Source: Camelus dromedarius (lineage: Eukaryota). From it: 64,000 nt of DNA. The notes below the pieces were generated by a model. It made no database searches and had not been told where the DNA came from. It was given only the letters and a program-made list of their open reading frames with translations. Position numbers and translations under genes: made by a program. The DNA lies in contig NC_087436.1 of the NCBI RefSeq assembly GCF_036321535.1, forward strand, positions 100,566,001-100,630,000. The letters run 5' to 3'. Numbering within the stretch: the first letter of the stretch is position 1; every line of letters starts with the position of its first letter. Below are positions 38,700-51,557 of this stretch, in pieces.

Positions 38700-39925
38700 A
38701 CAATGAAAAAGCTATTGTCACTCCCCTCTCACCACTCTTGATCAACATAGCACTGGAAGTTTGGGCTAATGCACTAAGACAAAAGAAGATAAAGAGTATA
38801 TAAATTAAGAAAGAAGACATAAAGCTGTCTCTGCTCACAGATAATGGATTGTCTATAAAGAAAACCCCAAAAAATCAACCAAAAAACTCCTAGAGCTAAT
38901 AAACATAGCAAGCATGCAAGACCCAAGTTTAATATATTAAACTCACTCACTCTCCTATATATCAACAATAAACAAATAGATTTGAAGATAAAAACACAAT
39001 GCCATTACATTAGTGACCCAAAAATTGAAATACTTAGATATAAATCAAACAAAATATGTACAAATCTTTATGAAGAAAAATATAAAACCAGTGAACAAAA
39101 TCAAAAAAGAACTAAATCAATGGAGAAATATTCCATGTTTAAGGAGAGGAAGACTCAATATTGTCAAGATGTCCATTCTTCCAAATTTCATAGATTCAGT
39201 GCAATTCCAAACAGAATCCCAGCAAGTTATTTTGTGGATACTGAAAAGCTTATTCAAAATTTATATGGAGAGGCAAAAGACCCAGAATAATCAACACAGT
39301 ATTGAAGGAAAACAAAATTGGAGGACTGATGCTACCTAACTTTGAGAATTACTGTAAAACTACAATAATCAAGACAAGGTAATACGGGTAAAAGAGATTA
39401 AGAGGAAAGAACAGAGAGCCCAGAAACAGATCCATACAAATTATCAACTGATCTTTGACAAAGGAGTAAAGATAACACAGTGGACTAAAGATAATCTCTT
39501 CAATACATGGTGCTGGAATAACTGGACATCCACATGCAAAAAACAAAATCTAGACACAGACCTTATATCCTTCACAAAAATTAATTCAAAGTGGATCATA
39601 GTCCTAAATGTGTATTTCAAAATAATAAGACTCCTAGAATATAACATAGGAGAAAATCTACATTAACTTGGTCTGGTGATGAATTTTGGGAACAACACCA
39701 ATGGCATAGTCCGTGAGAGTAACAACTGATGAGCTGGACTTCGTTCAAAAAACAAACAAACTAAAAAACCCCAAAAACAACTTCTGCTCTGTGTAAGATA
39801 ATGTCAAAAAAGGAGGCAATAAGCCACAGACTGGAAAAAATATTTACAGAAGACACATATGATAGAGGACTGTTATCCAAAATATACAAAGAACCCTTAA
39901 AATTCAACAACAGGAAAAAACCTGA
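38700..39925 (+). mobile_element. L1 ORF2 (RT and downstream) fragment
   Basis: ctctcaccactcttgatcaacatagcactggaagt (RT). ORF 39013-39339 reads IKKELNQWRNIPC...GRLNIVKMSILP. Confidence 0.92.
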
Positions 39926-40389
39926 TAAATGTGGTTTAGGAATACCGATAAGCCCTTCAAAATACTGTTAATCTTCCCTACCGCTCCTGGACAGCACTTT
40001 AAAGAAACATATAGAAGGGCACAAGTCATACAAAGAAATAGCGCTGTGCTGCCACAAATGTTCTTCCAAAACTATTCTTAATAGTTACGGAGAAAGTATA
40101 TTTTATCTCTATATATTGTCTCTCTAGCAACAAGCCCAGGGCCTGAAACCTAATAGAAGAATAAGCTTTGGGTACATGTATACATTAATTTGTAGCTTTT
40201 ACCTTTTTCTTGGTGTTGTTTTTACTGAGTTTTGTATCTATCATGAAAAGGCGATGGAGGGCTGATTTTAAAGTAAGCAAAAATCAGATTAGCTGCAGTA
40301 ATGCATCTGTTAGAGAAACTAATCTATTTATTTTCTTGTTAAACATACTAGACAGTGAACTGCCTTAAGTCAAAAAAATCTGCATATTT

Positions 40390-40600
40390 ACATTTACTGA
40401 GTTATACCATTTCAGTGAAATTTGGAAAGCACTCTATTGTGTTATCACATTAAATTCTTACAAGAATCTCATGCAATTAAATCATTAACCTCATTTCAGA
40501 GCTGAGAAAACCGAGGTTCAGAGAAATTACATGTCATGCTTAATGTGACCAACTTATAAATGACAGAAGCAGGATTCCAACTCAGGTCTATCTGTCAAGT
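40390..40600 (-). mobile_element. MIR SINE
   Basis: cctcatttcagagctgagaaaaccgaggttcagaga...gacagaagcaggattccaactcaggtct. Confidence 0.85.
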
Positions 40601-41629
40601 AAATCAAATCCTTAAAAGTCTCTGCTTTTTGGATAAGCATAAAAATCACACACTCCTGCACTTTAACTTCCTTGAAGAATCTTTCTTAGTATGAATTCCT
40701 AGACTTTCAATTAAGCATTTAAAACACATTTTTGACATTTCCCTTCTGTATTTTTCATTATAAAAATAATAGTTTTTCAATTATTCAAATATAAATAGAG
40801 CATGCTATTTCAAACCACTTCCTATTTAAGTTTCAGATATATGCCTTTTCCACTGCAAAGATGAAAAATACATTAAGCACATCTTCATGGTCATTGGATA
40901 GTACCGAATGGGTGGACAGATGAAAGAAAATGCATAATTTTTCAGAGTGCCTGGAAAAGGATCATAAGCATTTGATACTTAATAAAATTTAGGATGAAGC
41001 TTATGACACTTACTACAAATAATTAAAGTAGAGATTTTTGGTATAAATTGTCTCTTAAAAAAGTCCCATCACCCTACTTATTTGGTCTACTTTCTATAGC
41101 TGTAACTTCCAAACTAGAAACTTAAATCCCAGTTGATAATACAACTGGCTTGTTGAATTTGTTTTCATATGAAGGTATTTTCTGGAAACAAATTGTCTAT
41201 TTATATTTTTATTAATGTCTGGGAGAAAATGGCAAGTGTTTCTTTGGGAACAGAATAGGACATCTTATATAAGAGACCCCTCAACGATATTGTCCTTCCT
41301 TTATCTGCTAATTAGTCCACTGAACTTGTCTGTCTTCATCACTAACCACTTTTGAATGATCTGGAAAAATTCAAGTGGGAAATGTATACCATATATTTGA
41401 TTTTGCTAATTAGTTAATGATATCTTTTCTTCCACGGAATAGTTGTTTTGGAAAGACAGCATTATCATTTATAAATTTGACACAGATATTTGAACAGAAT
41501 GTAAAATCATATTTTACTTTTCCTTATGTGTATAAATAATCCTTACATATTAAAAATCTAACTCCCATGGTGCATTAGCACATCCAATCAGCACTGTGTT
41601 CAAATATATCCAAAATGTTTCATTTCACA

Positions 41630-42865
41630 TTTTCACCACCCCTGGCTTAGACCAACCCACCATCATCTCTTGCTGGGACTACTGAAACAGCCTCCTACCT
41701 GGCCTCCCCGCTTTTCCCTTGCCCCTCTGCAGGTGTTTCTTTGAAAATGTCTTATTATTCCTCTTCTCAGCTCAAATCCTCTCATAGATTCCCACCTTAC
41801 TCCAATAAAATCCTGAGTTTTTATCATTAATTACAAGGCTCAGTGTGACCAGGCTCCCATCTACCATCTCTGACTTACGTCATCTTGCTAGCAAAAATAA
41901 ACATTAGTTTATCTTTAAAGTGGTAAAAACGGATTGATTCAGTTAGCTACTGACAATAGACAAAGAGCTGAGTGAGTCCCATTCAGATGTGTGCAGAGGT
42001 GACTGAGCATTTTAAGAGGAGAATGAGGGAGTAGGGAGGGACAATGGTGACACTTGAGTAGAATCAGGGAAGTTAAAAATTACCAAAAGTGAGAAAGGGA
42101 GTGCATATAAAACCCACCTGGGTTTGCTCACTGGCACTTATCAAAGTCAGGCTCCCACTCTGCCACCTGTCATCAGCTGTTGGCTAGGACAAACAGGAAA
42201 TGCTTCTGGCAGCCTTGAGTTTTCTCAGGGAGACTAGGGTCATCCTAGGGGTGCGGCTTTGAGCTGTCAGAAACTACGTCGGTATTTGTTCCAGTCTTTA
42301 TAGGTCACGGTTAAGGACTGTAAAGAAGATGGCTCAGAGGAATCCGGCTAGAGTTTGATCAGTGAGAGAGTCTTTGTCACAATGCTCTTCTCTGTCACAC
42401 ACGCTGACCTCCTTCTATTTCTCAGTCCTGCCAAGTACCCAGGATACTTCAAAGGGATTGTTTCTTCTTCCATCAGAAATACTCTATTCCCAGATAATCA
42501 CACAGCTCTCCTCCACTCTTATTCAAATCTCTGCTTATTTTTCCTCTTCTCAAGTAGGCTCTTTGATCATACTGTTGCCTTCACCCTCCTACCTTCCATC
42601 CCCTTTCAGATTCCTCAGATACCTCTGGCTAGGTTAAATTTTGTAGATTCTAATAGCACTGGATTTCTGTCTTCCTTAGTGCACTAACCACAGTTGAAAT
42701 CTTAAATTAATTTGAAATTTTATCTATCCAAAAAATTGCTTTGTTTTCCTCATGTAAGATCCATGAAGATGGGACTTTGACTGATTTTTTTTTAATCATA
42801 GAGTTCCAGGACAATGCCTGACATAAAACGTATACTCAATGCATGTTTCTAATTAATTAATGGCT
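41630..42865 (+). mobile_element. L2 LINE 3' portion, interrupted by an ERV1 LTR
   Basis: caccatcatctcttgctgggactactgaaacagcctcctacctggcctccc...; tail tgtaagatccatgaagatgggac...caatgcctgacata...atactcaat. Confidence 0.85.
41887..42379 (-). mobile_element. ERV1 solo LTR (MER31/MER67-like)
   Basis: Minus strand starts tgacaaagactctctcactgatcaaactctagcc...cctctgagcc...cctaggatgaccctag...gagaaaactcaaggctgcc, like recalled MER31/MER67 consensuses. Confidence 0.75.
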
Positions 42866-43846
42866 AAATATGTACAAATAATATTGGATAGTTACAACAT
42901 TCACAATAGAGCCACCAAACCTCCATCTCATGGCTCAAATTGCAATGCTATTTCAGAAAGAGTAAAAGGTTTTGGAGTGAACTAGGAGTCATAACAAAAA
43001 ATGTATATATATACATATGTGTGTGTGTGTGTGTGTATTGAAGTGTGTTCTAGGTCTTCTTAAAAAATGGGATACTGTGGTTTAGTTGTGTCTGATTTAC
43101 TATCTTTAAATGAAGTTAGGAAACTACCTTACCTCAAAAAGTACGTGTGTAAACTAACCAAAGAAAACGTTAATAAAGCAGTTTACAGATTTTGTTTCAT
43201 GGAACAACTAAACAATAAAGACATCAATGGTTTCTTCTTCCATCATTTACTCTGATAGACAAAGATTTCCTGAGGACCAGTTATCTTGCAACTTGCTACC
43301 TTGGTTTTCCCCACTGGGAAAAAAGAAAGTGTATGTGTATATATTATTATGTCCTGATAATTGGTCTGCCTGTCCTATCAAATTAATTCTACTATTTGCC
43401 TGAAGCATTTTCACACTTTTCTTTTTCTCACCCAATAGAAACCATATGTAGATATTTGCCTAAATTCGGCAGCAAGTACTACATGTAGACGAAGAAATGA
43501 GGCACTATATGGAACTAGTAGAAGGAAAACAAGGGAGAATTTTTTGTATCAAATGAACTCAGTCATGTGAAAATTTGTGGAATACATCAAAATACTGTAA
43601 GTTTACTTATGCCTCCAGTGATACCCAAATGAATGGAGAACTGGCAAACTAAAAATGTTGAAAATGGATGGGAGTGCAGAGTCAGATTTTTTCACTTTAC
43701 ATATTTGCTTTAAAACATCAGCTAAGATGGAGCGCAGGGACAAGATCCTGGTACTGCAGCCAGAGCGTGGAGATCAGCCTGATTTTATACTCAAATAGGA
43801 TGGGAAGTTAATTTTCCTGAAGAACCAAAGCAGCAAGAAAGAAACA

Positions 43847-44003
43847 ATCCTGAAAGTTAACTATGCATGGTGACGGATGGTAACCTGACTTACTGAGGGG
43901 ATCATGTCACACTGTATACAAATATTGAATCATTATGTTGTACACTTAAAACCAATATAATGTTATATGTTAATTATACCTCAAAAAAAAGAAAATTAAA
44001 AAA
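43847..44003 (+). mobile_element. Very short 5'-truncated L1 (3' terminus) with 12-bp TSD
   Basis: ...gaatcattatgttgtacacttaaaaccaatataatgttatatgttaattatacctc+polyA. TSD aagaaagaaaca at 43835-43846 and 44004-44015. Confidence 0.9.
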
Positions 44004-44109
44004 AAGAAAGAAACATAGCAATGCAAGTCAACGAAGGACAATGGCCTCTATTTTGTCTCCTTGCCTAGTTTCTGCCATTGTTATAGTTTATGTGCTTCCA
44101 CAGTAAGTA

Positions 44110-44295
44110 TGAGTCCACTGTGTAATCTTAGGCAAAGTATTTAACCTCCGTGTGCCCCTGTTTTCTCATTTGTAGAATGAGTATAATAATTTTATCTACC
44201 TTCCTGGGTTGTTATGAAAATTTTAAAAATCATAGGGTTGTTTTCTGGATTCATATATGCAAAGCACTTTACAATGGTATCTGGTACATTATTTT
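44110..44295 (+). mobile_element. MIR SINE
   Basis: tgtgtaatcttaggcaaagtatttaacctccgtgtgcccctgttttctcatttgtagaatg...gggttgtt. Confidence 0.85.
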
Positions 44296-45739
44296 AAATT
44301 GATAGAAGAATTTTCTGTGGCTCTTATTCTCAACCTTTATAATGTTAGCAAAGCCCTTTAGAGATGCATATGATTTTATAGAGAATGTAGTCCTTGCTCC
44401 TCACATTTCCTCATTTTACAGGTCTGAAATTCAGGGAGAGCAACAATTTATAACACTTCTATATTAAACTTGCTCAATCTCTCCATTTTTAAAATTTAAA
44501 GAACAAAAAAAGAGAGGAAGAAAACTAAACTAAATGAAGAATGCTTTTTCTAAAATAAACTTGTAAGTAAAATTGAGTATGAAAAAAGAAACAAGCAAAT
44601 ACATAACACATGAAAAAGACATACTCAAAGAACATTCTTCTTTAAAGGTGACCTTCCTAGAAATAACATCAGATTTTACAGTTCATCTCAACCTCAACAT
44701 TATCAAGAGAAACTAAAAGCAGAATATATAAACATTTGGGGGTTTGCAGAGGTCTAAGTGATATATTCATTTGATAAAAATATGACCATGTTTAGGAAAA
44801 TATCTCCTTTACCCAGTGCATTCCAAAGCCACTTTTGAGAGAAAAAGGGACCACAATCAATTCTAAATTGATTATAATTAAAATAAAGCATAGAAAATAT
44901 ATTTACAGATTACTGGGGACATATCTAGATGCTTTGTTTAAAAATGCATGACCACACTATACATGAGGTTTGGTGTACTTCTCAGCCACAACGGATGCCA
45001 TCATGCAGTCATAAATAAAATAAATATGGGATACTGTAAGGTAAGATATAATAAAAATATGAGAAAAGGAAATTATGTTTCCTCCTAAAAGTATAGTTTT
45101 GACAATTTGGGAAAGATTTTTTTTTTTCTCATTTCTGCTAAAAGCTAAGAAAAGGGCTTCTAGAGAAAAGAAAACATATATATTTAATTACAGAAATTTA
45201 GAACTCAAACTCAAACCACCTTCTAGTCCAACCTCTGGTCTTTACCATTAATAACTGAGAAAGCTGAGGCCAAGAAACATTAAATGATATACCCACTACA
45301 CACTGTAGTAGAGATGGAGGAAGTCCCAGAATTTTCCTCTTAATGCATAAGTCAAGATTTTTTTTACCATACCCATTGTTTCCTAATCTATGTATTAAAG
45401 GAGTTTTGTATTAACTGCATCATAAGTCATTCAACGACAGTGATACAGATATTAGTAGGACTCAAATCGTGACAACAGCAACTAAATGGAAAATACAAGC
45501 ATGGGTGAGCTAATATGAAGAGAGTGATTAAAAAGCCCTATATAAGTTTTTTGAATAAAATCTTTCCATTTTTAATTCAATCCAAAGAATATACACACAG
45601 GCCTGGGATAGCCACAGTATCTCACTCTGTCTCTGTCTCTCATCTCAAACAGCAACCCCATTCTAGAATAGTATTTCTAATTATTTTGATACCATCCAAT
45701 CTTAAAGTTTACTGTCCAAGGCAAAGATTTAAAATATCT

Positions 45740-46145
45740 GCATAAAACAATAATTATAAAATTTTGTTGATGGGCATATGACATATAAGTGACTTATGTA
45801 ACAATAATAGCACAAAGGTGGTGTAAGGGAATGAAACTATATTGAGGCAAAACAATATTAATCTGAATTAATCTGTATAAATTAAGATGTTAATTGTAAT
45901 CTCCAGGACTACTACTAGAAACAGAATTTTTAAAAAAATAATAGAAGAGAACCTATGAGGCTTTTAAAATGGTACACTGGAAAGAATCACTCTGACATAA
46001 AAATGTTGATAATGAAGAAACAGAAGAACAATGGGATATAAGATACATAAGAAAACAAACAGAAAAATGGAGGACATAAATTATAATTTATCAGTAATGT
46101 AAATGGACTAAACATTTAAAAGGCAGAGATTGGCAAAATGGATAA
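45740..46145 (+). mobile_element. Old L1 fragment (inter-ORF region and ORF2 start)
   Basis: taagatgttaattgtaatctccagg...aaaatggtacact...atgtaaatggactaaac...aaaaggcagagattggcaaaatggat (NVNGLN..KRQRLAKW). Confidence 0.8.
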
Positions 46146-47324
46146 TTGTGTATATCATCTTATAATTAAGTCTTTAAATTTGTTTCAGATTTTGGCAACA
46201 TTGAAAACATTTCATCAATAATTTGCTAAGGAAATGTTATGACTACAAACTCTGCCTAAGATACATTGATTTGAGACATTATCATATTGGCTTGTAGAAC
46301 CTACCAGTCATTCATTTTATAAGTTTCAGTAAGCTTAAAATGCATTTGTGTTTTTTGGAATTTAAAGGAACTGAAGTATAACTTAATAAGTGAGCTGTTA
46401 CTGTTGCTTCTATGGGAAATGTACATGTAATTCCATAACTGCATTTATCCTAAAGCAATTTTAGCAACATTGCTGTCCTTGCAATTATGGCAATTAAACT
46501 CCAAACTAGTTTCAAATGGACAAGACAAAAGCATAAATAAAACATAGAAGATGAAAATGCTCCAAAAATGTTGGAAGTAGACTTCAGAAGTGGATTGTAA
46601 GTCTTAGGTTAACCAACCAGCAGGACTAGGAGGGAGATAAGTTGGGTCATTGGGAAAATAGACAGTATCTGGAGAGACCATAGAACTGAAAGGGAAATAA
46701 CCCTTAACAGTCAAATGGCCTTTGTTTGATTCTAATTTTACCTTTTCTTGTGGAGCTTGATTCCATTGAAAAAAATCAACTTCACAGAATTTTGTTTAGA
46801 TGAAACCAGGTGCGACATTGTTACTGAGAGTCCACAAAACACTCAGCCAGAGAAAAGATTATTTGCCCAGGGGACAAAATTCAGAATTCCTGACCCTGCA
46901 TTATAAACTCTTTAATAACAATTTAAACTTTGTCAAGAATATAATATTTTCTTACATTGAAGTTTTATTTATAAGCCTTCAGGGCAGTCTGTATTTATTT
47001 CCCATCAACAGTTTAATATAATAAGAAAAAAAAATTTGACCGATGAAATTGTTATTAAAATGCAAATGGTTTTGTTATAATGAGTTACAAGTTTGTTCTT
47101 TGTCCAGATGGAAAAATTCACTAAGTTTGAAACTTTTAATGTATGTTTAAACATGAAACCAGCCAAAAAATTCGCTTGACTCCAGATTTTAATATTTCCT
47201 CTCCCTCTTTACAGCTTTGCCTCAGGAAGGACTAATGCATCAGATTCAGATACTGGTAATCTTTGCCCCACATGCTTTTTTTTTTTTTTAATGTAATATA
47301 GAGAAGATCAAGCAAAGCAGACTT

Positions 47325-47851
47325 ACCTAAAGATTGGCCCAATCCCTGAGGAACCAAATAATTTAGAGAAAGGGTCTTGGAGCTTAGAAGAAAAGAGACA
47401 GCTTTATTACTTTGCCAGGCAAAGGGTTCACAAAGGCTAGTGCCTTCAAAACTGTGAACCCACCTTGGGGATGGGGTGGGGTGGTTATACAGCTCCAACA
47501 ATAAACAATCAACAGATTCATAAGACTTGAGTTGCGTCATGATGCCTCCAGGTGATCAATTCTATAGAAACTAGCAGTTGTCACTTTTTCCATCTCTTTC
47601 TCTTGTAAGGTGTGGTCTTGGTATTTAGCCTGTTTTGTAAGGTTACAGTTCTGTGACCTTCTCCCTGGAGATCGACTTGGAGACCAAGCATGATTATAGC
47701 TTTTGATTACTGGAATAAAGTAGACACAGTAAGATCAATAGCTTTAGTTTCAACAAGGGGCCTGGAGCTGTGGGTAGGAATCAGGTTTGTTGACCTTTCC
47801 AAGGGCAAGCATAAAGGAAGGAATCTGTTAGCCTAAGTGCGGTCATTTTAC
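47325..47851 (-). mobile_element. Solo LTR, ERV1-like (lineage-specific)
   Basis: Minus strand carries the LTR-type R/U5 signature cctttgcctggcaaagtAATAAAgctgtctc. GC is higher than flanks. Boundaries approximate. Confidence 0.65.
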
Positions 47852-48329
47852 TATTCCTCCTTCAGACTGACTTCACCAAGTTAATGGAGATATTTAACTT
47901 AACATCTGTTTATTATTTAGAAATATGATACAATTTGAAGTAGTAAATGTCACCTATGTGGATAACTGTTCTAATAGAAAACCCACTGAGATATTCCTTA
48001 GGTGATTCTGTCTAAAATATTTTATTACAATAAAAATTATTTTTAAAAACATTTCCAATTGGTAAAATGTTGGATTCATTGCCTAACTCCCCACTGGAAT
48101 GTGCCTTTTTAGAGAAATGATTGCATTCTCCATCTAAATCTCACATCGTGTATTTTATTCCTTGTGGTCTTTTGTCAAATAGTTACAATTGTTTTGTGAG
48201 CCCCTCCAGAGATTCCCAATTTCCACATAAAGAAATCACAACTCCTTGTGCAACATTCAAGGGTCTTACCAATCTGAGTCCAGTCTAACACTCAGCTTCC
48301 GGAACCCCAAACCTCAGCTCTGCTCACGG

Positions 48330-48817
48330 TGTAATAGGGAAGAACAAATCTGACTTCATACTGGATCTGTTTCTTTTACTTTAGGCCTTTGTGTTCTATT
48401 GCTTTTGCTACAAGTTAATCACTAAAGGGGTGTGGCCTATAAGCTTAAGTTATACATAATGGCCCATCTCTGGGAACTCTGCCTCCCAGAGAATGAGCGT
48501 TAAGCTAAAATACTCTTGTTTAGCTCACAGGAAACATTTGACCCCGGCCCACCTGAGAATGACTACAGGAAGAAAGAAATTAACACATCCCTTCCAGAGG
48601 CTGATCAGAACCAGGAAATGTTTGACTTCACTCCTTCCCCTTTTAGTTTAAGGAGGCCTGAAATCTAACTAAGGCAAGATGGTTCTTTGGGACATCATTC
48701 CACCATCTTCTCAACCTGCAGGCTTTCTGAATGCAGTTGATACTCCTTGTCCCAACAACTTGTCTCAGTTTATTGGCCTGTCATGCGGCAAGCAGTATGA
48801 GCTTGGACTTGGTAACA
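48330..48817 (+). mobile_element. ERV1 solo LTR (MER41-like, Laurasiatherian/artiodactyl type)
   Basis: TG...CA termini (tgtaatagggaagaacaaatctgac ... gagcttggacttggtaaca). Internal aagatggttctttgggaca...ccaccatcttctc and ttattggcctgtcatgcggcaagcag resemble MER41-family sequence. Confidence 0.75.
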
Positions 48818-49026
48818 GCACAAGTCAATACACATCTTGAATTCTCGGCATTCTTTAATTTGCAGCTAACATTCCCTCTGCATGGACCATTCTTCTTCCC
48901 TGTTCTCTGCCCTACAATCTTGCTCATCCTCAGGGTTTAGCTCAAATTCACTCTGATCTGAATCCTTTCTGAATCTCATTCTAGGCAGTATTCATTGCTG
49001 CCTCCTTTATGCTTCTGTCATACTTT

Positions 49027-49218
49027 CAGTGGTGAATTGAAGCCAGCTTATACCCCCTTGTGAGAGCTGATTATTAAATATTCAAGAATTTTTTAAGCCA
49101 GTTTATAAACTGCTAGGAGTTTTAGTCAGCCATGATAGAAATATTTACACCATAAAAACTGGCAAATCAAGGCTCTCCCTCTGCCCTTTGCCCCCCAAGA
49201 GCTGGTTTCCAGCACACT
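49027..49218 (+). mobile_element. MER63A-like hAT-Blackjack element (within L2 remnant ~48200-49410)
   Basis: cagtggtg...gagagctgattattaaatattcaagaatttt...tatttacaccataaaaactggcaaa...ccagcacac. Confidence 0.8.
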
Positions 49219-49410
49219 TTTCTTTGCACATAACATTATTACAGCACATATCCTATTCTCAATTGTGTTATAGTTGGAAAAAATCAGTCTCTCCTATGAA
49301 GTTTTGAGCTCACTGAGGGCAAAGTCATGTCCTAATTGATTTTTCTACCTCTCAGAACTCAGGAAAATGGTTTGGCAAATGACAGGTAATCAATAAATAA
49401 CTGTTTAAAG

Positions 49411-49699
49411 GAAAGTAAACATAAAAAGTTAAAAATTAAGTTGTTTTTCTAACTCATTTCTAATGAGACATTAGACACATGGTCTAATCACTTAAATACA
49501 TTTCCAGTTTTGCAACATGTTACCCAATTCTTGTGGGAATTAAATGAAGTAAAGTTTAGAAAAATAGTTTATAAATACTGGAAATCTATTTTTTAAAAAC
49601 TAGAAATTACTATTAATTTTATTATGATGACAATATTTTACCAAGTGCTGTTAATACCCCATAGTGTAAAATTTTTCTCAAACTGCTCATAAATTTAAA
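49411..49699 (+). repeat. Long inverted repeat, left arm
   Basis: Reverse complement of 51266-51557. Manual alignment gives about 20 substitutions and 2 small indels over ~290 bp. Confidence 0.97.
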
Positions 49700-51019
49700 T
49701 AAGCAACATTAAAATTAATAATATATTTATTACATATTAATTAATAAAATAATTATTTTTCCCCCAAATCCCCACTATTATTTAGCTCAATGCTTTTTTA
49801 ATTCAAACTCCTCAAATTCTACTGCTCTGTAGAATTTGCTTGAGCCATTTAGTGAAAGGGGACACTATGGGGGGAAAGAGATTAAGTGATTGCCATTTTG
49901 TGACCTAATCTTACAGCCTGCTTTTAAAATAGACTTAAGTATGAGTTCTTTCAGATATTGTTTTCCACAGGCCAGTTATTTTTTTAAAGTTTGAGATTAT
50001 TGGAAGACACTAATTATAATATTGTCTTATTATAAATGTTAAATCATTGCAACTGAATAGCTTATTCTAAAGAGTTGATTTGGAGCAATTTTACACTAAA
50101 TTTGGGTACATCTACTTTGGAAATGTCTCCACTGGATTTCTGATCAAATTAAAAATAGTAATTCCAATGCCAATTGGAACGTTAAGTCAATGGATTTATT
50201 CAATATGAGTCCAAAATTTTCGTGAGGAATAAGAACTATTTTTGTCAAATTCTCAGTGACAGTTTGTTAAATTAGGACAAGCCTACTGACATAGAAAAAC
50301 ACCTCTGTCTTCTTTATGAGGCAAATACAAGTGCTGGGACTGATACTCCAACTTCAAACCGTGTAAATGAAATACGAGGAAAAGCTAGTCAATAAAGAGA
50401 AGTAAAAGAATTAAATATGGATTGATGGATGAGACTTTATCTGATAACTGTATTTTTGTTTTTAACTAAATGTTTTAAAACTATGTATTTAGACCTGTGG
50501 ACTAAGGAATCAGTTATGTCTGTGTCTACTTTTGCTACTTCACTAATTCACATTAGCATTTAACATCACACGTGACAAAGTGAGGGAAATATGTGATTCC
50601 AGAACAGTCTTAAAACCAAGCGATGCTCTGGTATAAAAGCAATGATATGTAGCTGTAGTTCAAACAGAGGAGAAACAAAGTCTCGGTAGAAAAACTCATG
50701 AAATACTACGTTAAATTATTTTTCCTGTGTGGCAGGAGAAAAATTAAGGGCAGAGTAACAATTTTGTGAGTCAAACCTTATAAATACTTCTCTATTTGTT
50801 AAAAATACAATTCTCTGGAATCAAGAGCTATAAGAATGAAAGAATAGAAGGAGGAGAGAAAATGTCTATGCAAGTATGTTAGATATTTAACTTGAGCAAG
50901 AGATGTAGAGTGATGCTGTTTTTCTCTAAAGCTATGGGCATGAAATCTATGGACTTTTTTCCCCTTAAATATGTACAAACTGTTGATGTGGCCATAAAGT
51001 TCACAGAATCCTCTAGGAG

Positions 51020-51200
51020 CTGGTTTCCACATGGCCCAAGCGGCCTTACGAAACGGGCATAAAACCAGGAAGCTCCACCACGCTGTTTCAGAGAGAGAGT
51101 GCTGTTGGCCAGGATGTTTTTCCTTCCAAAGAAGCCAGAAATCCATATTTTTATGCAAAACATTCTGATTTCTCAATGTCAGCAACTAAAACAAACACAC
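51020..51200. mobile_element. hAT-Charlie MITE remnant (MER102-like)
   Basis: ggtttccacatggc and gaagccagaaatccatatttttatgcaaaacattctgatttctcaatgtcagcaactaa resemble the recalled MER102 consensus. Confidence 0.5.
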
Positions 51201-51265
51201 ATATTAAGTGTCTATAAAAATACATATATAAGCCTGATGTACCATGAGGGCCACCACTTTCGGAC

Positions 51266-51557
51266 TTTATATTCGTGAGCACTTTAAGAAAATTTTTACA
51301 CTGTGGGGGCATTGACAGCACTTGATAAAATATTGTCATCATAATAAAATTAATAGTAACTTCTAGTTTTTTTAAAAAATAGATTTCTAGTGTTTATAAA
51401 CTATTTTTCTAAACATTACTTTGTTTAATTCCCACAAGAATTGGGTAACATGTTGCAAAACTGGAAGTGTATTTACATGATTAGACCATGTGTCTAAAGT
51501 CTCATTAGAAATGAGTTAGAAAAACAACTTAATTTTTAACTTTTTATGTTTACTTTC
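51266..51557 (-). repeat. Long inverted repeat, right arm
   Basis: Outer 59 bp is an exact reverse complement of 49411-49469. Confidence 0.97.

Noticed and set aside
49411..51557. Interpreting the inverted repeat as a long-TIR DNA transposon
   Set aside because: No TSD, no transposase trace, the arm overlaps ancient L2/MIR-like sequence, and the spacer holds an old MITE. A local duplication is more parsimonious, pending a copy-number search.
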